A DNA stretch of 64,000 bases, from contig JAVLKG010000017.1 in assembly GCA_032128875.1 (NCBI GenBank), positions 14,890-78,889 of the forward strand. The letters run 5' to 3'. The translations under genes were made by a program, and so were the position numbers. A model generated the notes under the pieces. It did no database searches. It saw only the letters and a list, made by a program, of their open reading frames with translations, and was not told the DNA's origin. This DNA is from Candidatus Melainabacteria bacterium 17Bon1m. GTDB lineage: Bacteria > Cyanobacteriota > Vampirovibrionia > Obscuribacterales > Obscuribacteraceae. Shown here piece after piece: positions 56,031 to 64,000 of the stretch. Position 1 is the first letter of the stretch, and each line of letters begins with the position of its first letter.

Positions 56031-57977
56031 GTGGCGAGCAAGTTTTCTGACCGATGCCCAACAGACATTCCGCCGGAAATGCTGGCTCGCGTTTTCATGA
56101 CGTCTTTGAGGCGGCATCAATGGCATGTCACCTACGTTGATGAGATGACACGGATTATTACTGCGGAGCTGAAAGCACCGCAGAACATCATGGGAAAAGT
56201 TTGGCACTACAACTACTCTGCAATCATTCGTTGGCTAGAAGAGGACGGTTTTGCTTACACCGAAATTGAAATCAACGAGCAGTCTTATGACTGGACAGGA
56301 GAAGACTGCCAAAAGAAGTATGCAGAGTTGGTCAAAAGCCTTTTCGAAGATTCACGAGGAATAGTCGAAGCGCTGGACAAGCCAAAGAAGGGTGCACGAT
56401 GGGCTACTCCAAATGAGCTATTTCAGGCTGGCTATATTGTCAAAGAACGCAATCCAAAGCGGTTTTTAGTAACTGGGGATAGCATCAGCTGCCTGTCTTT
56501 GCCGGAGGAAGACACGAATAAACATGTGCTTGTTTGCGGTCCGACCGGCTCGGGCAAAACCACCGGCGTGCATATTCCCAATTTGATTGAGCGCTACAAA
56601 TGCTCGGCGCTCGTGACAGAAGCGACTGGCGGAAAGAGTGCGGGCGACCTTTACACGAAAACAGCGGGCTTCAGAGCACATCATGGGCACAAGATTGTTT
56701 ATTTCAACCCGGACAACCTAAGCTCCGATAGATTCAATCCGCTGGATTCGATCGAGACCTATCGAGATGCTCGGCGGGTTGTCGAGATCATCATGCAGTC
56801 AACAACTTTGCAGACTCACAAGGGTGATCAAAGTTGGGAAATGAGCGAGAGAATGTTGCTTACCGGCTTGCTTTTGCATTCGATTGGATTGCGGGACGAA
56901 GGTAAGGCAAATCTCGGATATATCGCCGACTTGTTTGAGGATGGTCCTGAAGGCATTCAGAAAGTGGTAGCCGACAGCCCAATAGAGGTGGCTAGAAGGG
57001 CGTACAAGAAGTTTTTGAACACCACGACGCCTCCTTACAGGAACCTGGTTGCAAATGGCATTATTGTGCGCCTGGATCTTTGGAACGAACCTCGAATAAG
57101 AGCGCTCACTGAAACGACAGATGTCAATCTGTCAGAGATGGCGGAAAGTTTGTTTACCTGGTATTTGGCAACACCTGCCGATAAGCCTGAGTTGAAACCA
57201 CTGGCCGCCCTGATGTTCAATCTGGCACTGAGCTTTTGCACGACGACCAAGCTGAAACATCCAGTTGCTTTGTTTTTGGATGAATTCACTAACTTCGGCT
57301 ACGTGCGCGGTTTGCCAGATAAGTTGACCATTATTCGACATGACAAAATTCCGATTGTCTTGGGCGTTCAGGACTATGTTCAGCTGGAAAATCTCTACGG
57401 AAAAGAAGCGAAGAAATTTTTGAGCCAGACCGCCGGCAAGATTTTCTTTAAGCCCAATGACTACGAAACAGCGAAGCAGATAAGCACTATGTTGGGCGAC
57501 GTCAACAAGAACGAGGATAAGGTTACTTCTGCCGGACAGCTCCGGGACGTGAAGGAGAAAGAGCCGCTGTTAAGCGTCGATGACCTTTTGAACTTGGGGA
57601 CTATCGATGAAAACAATCAGGAAGCCGAAGCAGGCAAGCCGAACATGATTGTGTTTCTGCCTGCGACGAGACCAGTTCAGGTGAGATCTCTCACGTGGAG
57701 AGACTACCAGACGGAAACAGATGAGCTGCTCTTTCCTTTGCCAAAGCGACGAGTTTTGGAAGTGGATGAAAAGCTGGCTAGAACAATACCGAAAGTAGAT
57801 GCGGCTACGGAAGAAATTTCGAGTGAAGAGCTTGACCGCGATAGAGAGCTACGAGATGAGGACGCTGTGGATGAAGTTGTTTCGACTGATGAATTAGACA
57901 GTGATACTAAGCCAAAGACTCAAGAAAGTGAGTCACCAGGAGCCGAAGACAATGGGTATGGATATCTGACCTGGTAG
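56031..57977 (+). CDS. virD4: Type IV coupling protein (VirD4/TraG family) lacking N-terminal TM helices
   Basis: ARWAT, HVLVCGPTGSGKT (Walker A), FNPL, LFLDEF (Walker B), QDYVQL..LYG and TAKQIS.MLG. Confidence 0.92.
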   Translation: MASKFSDRCPTDIPPEMLARVFMTSLRRHQWHVTYVDEMTRIITAELKAPQNIMGKVWHYNYSAIIRWLEEDGFAYTEIEINEQSYDWTGEDCQKKYAELVKSLFEDSRGIVEALDKPKKGARWATPNELFQAGYIVKERNPKRFLVTGDSISCLSLPEEDTNKHVLVCGPTGSGKTTGVHIPNLIERYKCSALVTEATGGKSAGDLYTKTAGFRAHHGHKIVYFNPDNLSSDRFNPLDSIETYRDARRVVEIIMQSTTLQTHKGDQSWEMSERMLLTGLLLHSIGLRDEGKANLGYIADLFEDGPEGIQKVVADSPIEVARRAYKKFLNTTTPPYRNLVANGIIVRLDLWNEPRIRALTETTDVNLSEMAESLFTWYLATPADKPELKPLAALMFNLALSFCTTTKLKHPVALFLDEFTNFGYVRGLPDKLTIIRHDKIPIVLGVQDYVQLENLYGKEAKKFLSQTAGKIFFKPNDYETAKQISTMLGDVNKNEDKVTSAGQLRDVKEKEPLLSVDDLLNLGTIDENNQEAEAGKPNMIVFLPATRPVQVRSLTWRDYQTETDELLFPLPKRRVLEVDEKLARTIPKVDAATEEISSEELDRDRELRDEDAVDEVVSTDELDSDTKPKTQESESPGAEDNGYGYLTW

Positions 57978-57992
57978 GGCAAGGAGAGCTAA

Positions 57993-58550
57993 ATGGGACC
58001 AACTGCAATGCTCGGATTTGTTTTATCCGTTGTGGCGTTTTTTGTTGCAGGCGGCATATCCAATCAATTTGCCGGTCCATTGTCGATGCCGATTGCTTGT
58101 GCGGCTGCTTATTTCACTTGGAAGTACTTTTGGGATAAAGACGGCAATCAGATGATTGCACTGATGAATCCGCCGGACAAAACGTGGCAAGCAAACTTGC
58201 CGACTGCTTTTGGAATGATCAAAGACGAACTGGACACCTACCGATATGAGAGCCCGCAAGCCGGATTGATTACCTATCGAGTAGATGCAACCGATGATGC
58301 TCGGGGGATCATCAAAGCTGAATCAAATTTTTCCGAGAAACTGGGCGGTGCAGGAAATTACGTTGACGCGAAGCGGAATATTGTTTTGCAGATACAGCTC
58401 ATTCCTGAGGGTTCAGCTACTCGAGCGGTCTACAAGTATCAAGTATTTTCGCCTAAAGGCACTGGCACTGTGCGTGAAGTGCTCAAGGACACTCAGACAA
58501 AGTTAGATGATGCAATTGCGAAACTTCCTTTGCAACCAGGAAATCCGTGA
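57993..58550 (+). CDS. Two-TM membrane protein with soluble C-terminal domain
   Basis: Two N-terminal hydrophobic helices; AGGAG RBS. Confidence 0.75.
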   Translation: MGPTAMLGFVLSVVAFFVAGGISNQFAGPLSMPIACAAAYFTWKYFWDKDGNQMIALMNPPDKTWQANLPTAFGMIKDELDTYRYESPQAGLITYRVDATDDARGIIKAESNFSEKLGGAGNYVDAKRNIVLQIQLIPEGSATRAVYKYQVFSPKGTGTVREVLKDTQTKLDDAIAKLPLQPGNP

Positions 58551-58571
58551 ATTCTAAATGGAGAGAAAAAG

Positions 58572-59105
58572 ATGACAAAGAAATTGGCGTTGATGCTTTC
58601 TTTAACTACGGCTCTAACTATCTGTCTAGAGCCTTCTTTTGCGCAGGAAAAAGGGACGCCAGCATACGTCGAAAAAGTAAAAGTCACTCTTGCTGCCATT
58701 GCTTCTGAAGAAGACAAAGCTCCGAGCAAAAACTGGCTTCCGACAGGCAAAAGGGATTTGAAAACGGCATATCGAGCGACAGCGAATATGGAAAAAGCAA
58801 ATTTTGCCCTAGACCTTCAGGACTTCGTAAACAACGCCGGCGAAAAGCTCGACAATCTAGCCGGCACTTATGTGCCTTATTCGAAAAGAAAGTCGTTTTC
58901 AGAGTCTTGGTGGTTGAGACACAGCAGTGTTTACACAAAGCTTTCTGCCCCAGAGCGCGAAAAATGGGTTGACGAGGCAATTCTCGATGCTACCCAATTG
59001 AGATGGCAAGGTCTCAAGCGTTTGAATGCAAGTTATTCTGCATCGCACGTTATGGCTCATGATGGGCTCATGGTACAGCTTTATAAAAAGCAAGATAAAT
59101 ACTAG
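58572..59105 (+). CDS. Hypothetical exported protein
   Basis: Signal peptide ending SFA. Confidence 0.75.
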   Translation: MTKKLALMLSLTTALTICLEPSFAQEKGTPAYVEKVKVTLAAIASEEDKAPSKNWLPTGKRDLKTAYRATANMEKANFALDLQDFVNNAGEKLDNLAGTYVPYSKRKSFSESWWLRHSSVYTKLSAPEREKWVDEAILDATQLRWQGLKRLNASYSASHVMAHDGLMVQLYKKQDKY

Positions 59106-59151
59106 ATTTTAGGATACTGATAGAGCATTTTTGTCGACATGATAATTGACC

Positions 59152-59829
59152 ATGGCAGAAAAGAAACCAGCTATCCTTGATTGGGAAGAATTTCAATCAG
59201 TCAAGAATAATCAGCAAGGACTAATGCTGAAGGCAAAGGCACTTGCGCCGTGGCTCATTGACATAGCATCGGCGAATGCAGATGCGCTTATCACCATTGT
59301 ATTGAAGCCAAAATTCAAGGACCGAAAAGTGGAAAAGAATTCACATCTTTTGGTTCAAATCGACTTTATTCTCATTTGCATACATTGGTGCGATAGGGTC
59401 TTGTCATGGCATTTTGAGGAGGATCTCAGATTCGTGTTTTTTGACGCACTCATCGTGGAAATTGAACACATGCTGTGCAAAAAAGTATGGGATAAGAAAG
59501 AGAAAGTGGCTGTGCGTCGTGATTTTGAACGGATGTTGAATTCATTTCAACAAGAGTATGCCAATTACAACATGGTTTCGGAACCGCTGCGTGATTACAT
59601 TCTTTGGAGATTTGGTTTTAGAGTTTTGGAACATTTACGAATGAAAGAAGACGTTAATTGTGCAATCCATGTTCGAGGACCTGTACTGTTCGCGTTCGAA
59701 CAGCTCAATTTCGCTGGACTTTTGGGTCTGCAGAAGCCTGCTGAAACTTGCATCAATTGTTCAGCAAGTTTGGTTCAGTCTGCTAAATTCTGCAATCAGT
59801 GCGGACAAAAAGTAACTGCAGCCAATTGA
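59152..59829 (+). CDS. Hypothetical protein with C-terminal zinc ribbon
   Basis: CINC......AKFCNQCG. Confidence 0.75.
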   Translation: MAEKKPAILDWEEFQSVKNNQQGLMLKAKALAPWLIDIASANADALITIVLKPKFKDRKVEKNSHLLVQIDFILICIHWCDRVLSWHFEEDLRFVFFDALIVEIEHMLCKKVWDKKEKVAVRRDFERMLNSFQQEYANYNMVSEPLRDYILWRFGFRVLEHLRMKEDVNCAIHVRGPVLFAFEQLNFAGLLGLQKPAETCINCSASLVQSAKFCNQCGQKVTAAN

Positions 59830-59918
59830 AACGCTCGATCTACTGAGCTAATTACTGCTTTCAATCTACTGCCTTCCTGCTTCGGTCTTCTGTTTTCTTG
59901 GTTGTGAGGTGCAGCTCA

Positions 59919-60045
59919 CCGTCTTTTCTCCTAGTCTCGCGTCACGGCGCCACTGTCCGTCAAGCTGCGCCTCGCTCCTTTCTTTGTTGTCTTATCGTTG
60001 AGCTTGACCGCCAGAGCCATGACGCACTTGCCCTTCTGTTGACGG
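59919..60045. other. Long imperfect hairpin upstream of the sigma factor gene
   Basis: CCGTC/GACGG, GCGTCAcGGC/GCCaTGACGC, CTG/CAG and GTCAAGCT/AGCTTGAC. Confidence 0.75.
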
Positions 60046-60075
60046 CATCGTGTCGTCTTTCTGGAGGGCACTTCC

Positions 60076-60594
60076 ATGGAAAGAACTTATGAGGAAAGGA
60101 TTGAAACGATATTTGCAGCTGTAAAAGTACACTCGAAGCGCATTGCAGGCCGATTTGTAGAAATGGACGACCTCGTGCAGCTCACCATGGAGAAGATTCT
60201 CAAAGCCAGAGCTGTCCCTGAAGAACCCAGTGAAAAGTGGATCTTTTCTTGCACATTGAATGCGAGAAATGACATTCTCAGAAAAGTCTACAAAGAGCGC
60301 GAAATCAGAGATTACTTTACGCCTGTAGATTCCATTAGCATCTCATATGATCCCGAATGCAATTCTTTCGTACCTTCAATCGTTTATGAGCCATCTGATC
60401 CGTATTTGGCTCGAACGATAGGCAAAGCTATTGAGCAGCTTTCCACAGTTCAACGCCAGGTTTTTCTCCTTTATGTCACCGGCTGCTCTTACTTGCAGAT
60501 CTCGAAGATGACGGATGCAAACCTCAATACCGTGAGAACCAGGTTGCACTTTGCCAAAGCTTCTCTTCGTCGAGAACTGTCAGATTGCATATGA
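60076..60594 (+). CDS. ECF-type sigma70 factor
   Basis: DDLVQ.T..K...WI....N...D (region 2); LS..QRQVFLL...G.SY.QIS......NTVRTRLH.A (region 4). Confidence 0.88.
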   Translation: MERTYEERIETIFAAVKVHSKRIAGRFVEMDDLVQLTMEKILKARAVPEEPSEKWIFSCTLNARNDILRKVYKEREIRDYFTPVDSISISYDPECNSFVPSIVYEPSDPYLARTIGKAIEQLSTVQRQVFLLYVTGCSYLQISKMTDANLNTVRTRLHFAKASLRRELSDCI

Positions 60595-61237
60595 AAAGTT
60601 GCGGGCAGCGTGCTGCCCGCATACACGGCACTCTTTGCTTTCAACGAAGAATGTATAGGCTAATCATCAAACCTCGCGCGAGGTGTCTTTGGCTTCCCGC
60701 TAGGATGTCATCAGGGATGGGCGTCCGCTCTGCTAGAAATTCAGAATTTATTTCTAAGCTGATTAACCTTGATACAAGCCTGTTTCGGGACTTGTTTCTG
60801 TGTCGTAATTAAGTAACAGCTTCATGAAATTCCTCTGTCCTACTTGAAATCACGAAAATGTGTGATCGCGGAAGTCCCGCTACTTAAGCCATTGATCAGA
60901 TTAACGATGGCGCGAGGGTTTATTTTTTCTTTTGTAATTTGCCATCCATGTCCATTCCAGGGATCGGCGTGATATTGCAGCTGTCGTAATGAAGTTACGC
61001 TTTATGAAAAATGTGACGAAAAGTCACCCAACCACTCAATTTGAACCGTTGCGAATGCTTAGGCTCAAAATCCCACTTTTCACTTCTCAGCCCGAGTCAT
61101 CTCCAAGCGCACAGCGCAAATTCAAGGATAAAACCAGCAAGCAAACGAGCAGCTTAATTGTTCTGGTTTTTGTCCGACTCGGACTTAAGACGTTGGAGAG
61201 CTGGAAAACCAACCAACTTCCCAAAAGGAAAGAACGA

Positions 61238-63412
61238 ATGAACATAAAACGAGGTTTTTTCGCCCTTGCGGCGATGATTCTCGGCGTCGGCTTCCTCGGC
61301 GCATTTCCACAACAGGCTCAGGCTGCAATAAGTTGTACAAAAGTTGTAACTCACACAATCCCAGCTTATCCTGACGACGACTGGACGCAATACTGCGGAA
61401 CAGCCAGCCTTGCGAATGGGCAAGACCTAAACGCATCCATTAGCGCTCTTCAGGGACAGGCAATCAATGAAATGCGCCGGTCTCCAAATCGAAACTTCAA
61501 CGGATTGAATGGCGTTTCTCTCTACATCTTCGGTACTCCGGCTGAATACTCACAATGGGCAACTGAGCAAAGTCGAACATATCAAGCTCCTGGCCCGAAT
61601 GACTTTGGAGTCTTGATTTTCAAGGCGGGAACGAACATTCCCGAATATATCGCTATCTTCATGCAAAATCCGGCAGGAGTGGTGAACACTAATGTCAAAC
61701 ACCGGACTGGTCAGCAAATTGGCTTAGCTGTCGATTATTTGCAAGGATACATCAAGAATGGTGGCATTATGCCGCCAACTCTGTTCAGGGTATCTGACAT
61801 GCAAACCGGGTGGATAGCTGGAAATTTCAACAGTGACTGGACTGCACTGAATGCTCAGGCGCCTTGCAAGGTTGGAGGAGTCAACGGTCTCTTCACGGGT
61901 CTTAAGGATTTTTCCGGTAACTATATTTGCGACGGTGCAAGTGGTACCGGTGCAAACCGTCAAGGAGCCTACGTTGGTCTGACGAACCAACAGATCATGA
62001 ATTCAGCATCATGGGCGAGCATTTATCAAACCAACCTGAACACCGACTGGCAGACTCTAAACGGTGTAACCGCCTGTGGCACGACATCACTGTTTAGAGG
62101 TCTTCAGGACCAAAATGGCAATTACATCTGTAACGGTGCTAGTGGAACTGGAACTGCTTTGTCCGCCACCTACACTGGTAAAACAAACCGCCAAGTATTG
62201 CAACAAGCATGGTCTGCTGTTTACCAGTTTCCCAAGACAATCTTTGCTGAGCAGATTAGCTTTAGATATGGCTTGGGGTCTGATGTAGTCAGTAATCCGA
62301 AAACTGCAGACAAATATTTTTCAAACGGTTATTTCGCCTGCTCGCGTTGGCTTGCTGGTTCAATAACCAATAAGGGAAATCTACCTTCCGCTGCTGCTCC
62401 AGATGGCATGCCTGCTGGTTGTACTCTTCCGACTATGACAACGAAGTGCCAGAAGATTTTCATGGGTAGTACTGGGCAATTCCCGTATGGCAATACCTTC
62501 AACTGTAGCGGGACCGTCGTTGCCAGTCAGACGCAAACTAAGTTGCTGAGCCTTGGTACCAACAGCGCGCCTGCTTTCTATACGCCGATCAGAAACAAGC
62601 TAGATCTGGAGCGCGCTGACGTGTACTTCTTTGCGAATAACACTGATTACGCCAACGCCTTTTCAGCTGCGGGGGAACTCTTTGGCTCTATCATCAACAA
62701 GTGCGGAGCAACTGCTCCCGTCGGGAGCGGTGCTGAGCGAATTTGGCAATCGATCATGAACGAGGGCTGCAGCTTGGCTAACACTCCTGCCAAGCAGGCC
62801 TATGTGACTGCACATGAACTCGGTCATACAATCGATCTCACTGATGCGCAGCCTTCTGGACTGACCGACTTTAACAAAGCAATGCAGTTGGACTGGGCTA
62901 AACTCGATTACATCGATTTCCCGACCAACACGAAAAGAAAGCCTTGTTCTTCCGTTGTCTTTGGCGGAACCACCTATCCCGCAGTGCTGACCGGCTTGAC
63001 CGACAAAAGCGGCGTGCTTTTCTGTAACGGTAGCGCTCTCCGTACAGGCCAACCATGGTCGGGCGGAGTGCTGATCAGTGACATTCTCAACCTGGACAAT
63101 CCCGCGGAGATCTCGTATCTCGCTGGCGGAGCAATTGGCTCGCCATCGGTTACGGTAAATCCGGGTTGGTACGAGTGGTATGCTCAGTCTCTTGCAATCA
63201 GAGCTAGAGCTGATCTTGCATTGGGCGTCAGCGGTTCCAATCACTCCGTTTACGACGAGCTGGTACTCGACGGATACTTTGAATGCACCGCTGGTCCTAA
63301 TGGCTGGCTACAGCAGAATTACTCGAATCCCTCATCTGGTTCGAAGCTTGCAACAAGCGTCTGCGCAGGCAGAAGTTTGCCGGCAGGCTGGATCGATTTG
63401 CTCTATCCGTAA
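61238..63412 (+). CDS. Secreted Cys-containing zinc metalloprotease with internal duplications
   Basis: Signal peptide MNIKRG...AQA; TAHELGHTID with a downstream EWYAQ; repeated W..LN...C....LF.GL.D..GNYIC.GASGTG modules. Confidence 0.75.
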   Translation: MNIKRGFFALAAMILGVGFLGAFPQQAQAAISCTKVVTHTIPAYPDDDWTQYCGTASLANGQDLNASISALQGQAINEMRRSPNRNFNGLNGVSLYIFGTPAEYSQWATEQSRTYQAPGPNDFGVLIFKAGTNIPEYIAIFMQNPAGVVNTNVKHRTGQQIGLAVDYLQGYIKNGGIMPPTLFRVSDMQTGWIAGNFNSDWTALNAQAPCKVGGVNGLFTGLKDFSGNYICDGASGTGANRQGAYVGLTNQQIMNSASWASIYQTNLNTDWQTLNGVTACGTTSLFRGLQDQNGNYICNGASGTGTALSATYTGKTNRQVLQQAWSAVYQFPKTIFAEQISFRYGLGSDVVSNPKTADKYFSNGYFACSRWLAGSITNKGNLPSAAAPDGMPAGCTLPTMTTKCQKIFMGSTGQFPYGNTFNCSGTVVASQTQTKLLSLGTNSAPAFYTPIRNKLDLERADVYFFANNTDYANAFSAAGELFGSIINKCGATAPVGSGAERIWQSIMNEGCSLANTPAKQAYVTAHELGHTIDLTDAQPSGLTDFNKAMQLDWAKLDYIDFPTNTKRKPCSSVVFGGTTYPAVLTGLTDKSGVLFCNGSALRTGQPWSGGVLISDILNLDNPAEISYLAGGAIGSPSVTVNPGWYEWYAQSLAIRARADLALGVSGSNHSVYDELVLDGYFECTAGPNGWLQQNYSNPSSGSKLATSVCAGRSLPAGWIDLLYP

Positions 63413-63429
63413 AAGTCTTGAATAGACTA

Positions 63430-63459
63430 GAAGAGGCGGTTTAACCCGCCTCTTCTTTT
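63430..63459 (+). terminator. Intrinsic terminator between convergent genes
   Basis: GAAGAGGCGG/CCGCCTCTTC plus a T-run. Confidence 0.8.
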
Positions 63460-63941
63460 CACATTTGCTTAAATAGTTTGCTGTACTTAGTCCTAAGAAC
63501 CTGCGCATGTGCACGTAATTCACTAATCTCAAGAGTATCGTGAGCCAAAAAGAAACTAACCCAATCTTTGCGAAAAGCCTCCAGCTGAGGATCTCTTATT
63601 CGATCTTTGCTTAACTGCACTACATTTTCATCTGAGAAGATTACTTCCTTCGGTACTTTATATCGCATTGCGGAGTAAGGAATGAAATGCAATCGCACTT
63701 TCTCGGAGGGTGCGATTGGTCGAATCTCTGAAACCGCATGACCACTCTGTTGTTTTTCAAATTCACAGAGAAAAAACTTACTTTTGGGGTCAAATGGAAA
63801 AAATGGGGCGGTCTCCCAAATTGCCTGAGAGCAATAGAAAAGATCTGATTCCGACCCGTTTTCTTTCAGTATCTCAAGGTGCGGTTGACCCTTATCTTCT
63901 GTTACAGCAATTGCAATTTCTCCATCTGTGACTTCGATCAT
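63459..63941 (-). CDS. Hypothetical protein
   Basis: 160-aa ORF; may extend upstream. Confidence 0.55.
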   Translation of the reverse strand: MIEVTDGEIAIAVTEDKGQPHLEILKENGSESDLFYCSQAIWETAPFFPFDPKSKFFLCEFEKQQSGHAVSEIRPIAPSEKVRLHFIPYSAMRYKVPKEVIFSDENVVQLSKDRIRDPQLEAFRKDWVSFFLAHDTLEISELRAHAQVLRTKYSKLFKQM

Positions 63942-64000
63942 TATTTGGCAGGGTTTCGATCTTTGTTTGGCAATCTCAAGTCGTCCCCAGTAGCAGACCT

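Noticed and set aside
1-64000. tRNA/att site, integrase, transposase, CRISPR array, VirB mating-pair genes
   Set aside because: None recognised by eye, so element boundaries and plasmid-versus-ICE status cannot be determined from this window

Overview
A 64-kb accessory or mobile segment in two halves. No rRNA, tRNA, CRISPR array, integrase or transposase was recognised. The protein style suggests a diderm bacterium, possibly Melainabacteria/Obscuribacterales, but that is a weak inference. The left half (1-33.2 kb) is a heavy-metal homeostasis island. It carries an ArsR/SmtB regulator, three CDF-type transporters, two CzcA/CusA-type RND efflux clusters (one adaptor gene is frameshifted), MerC-domain, MgtC, bestrophin and alpha-carbonic anhydrase genes, and two peptidoglycan peptidases. 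Its regulatory layer is unusual: three Cys-rich RAPP-type leader ORFs each followed by a hairpin, Fur/Zur-like 7-1-7 boxes, a second recurrent motif CAC(G/A)AATGT(C/A)AAAA, two toxin-less AbiEi paralogs, and two paralogous Cys/His-rich tandem winged-helix-like proteins behind a duplicated promoter. The right half (33.2-64 kb) looks like a mobilisable or conjugative element. It has a defence-like cluster (HNH, TPR-DUF4145, a Ubl/Cys-less E2/JAB-E1 'Bub'-type operon followed by a DAC-domain gene, a HEPN-like gene). A putative leading region holds gp88-like, ssb and TA modules, including an unannotated type I toxin-like peptide, and is punctuated by long covarying hairpins. Also present are a MOBP-type nic site, polymorphic-toxin-like genes, mobC-relaxase-VirD4, an ECF sigma factor and a secreted two-lobed zinc metalloprotease. 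All family calls come from motif recognition by eye, not from database searches.
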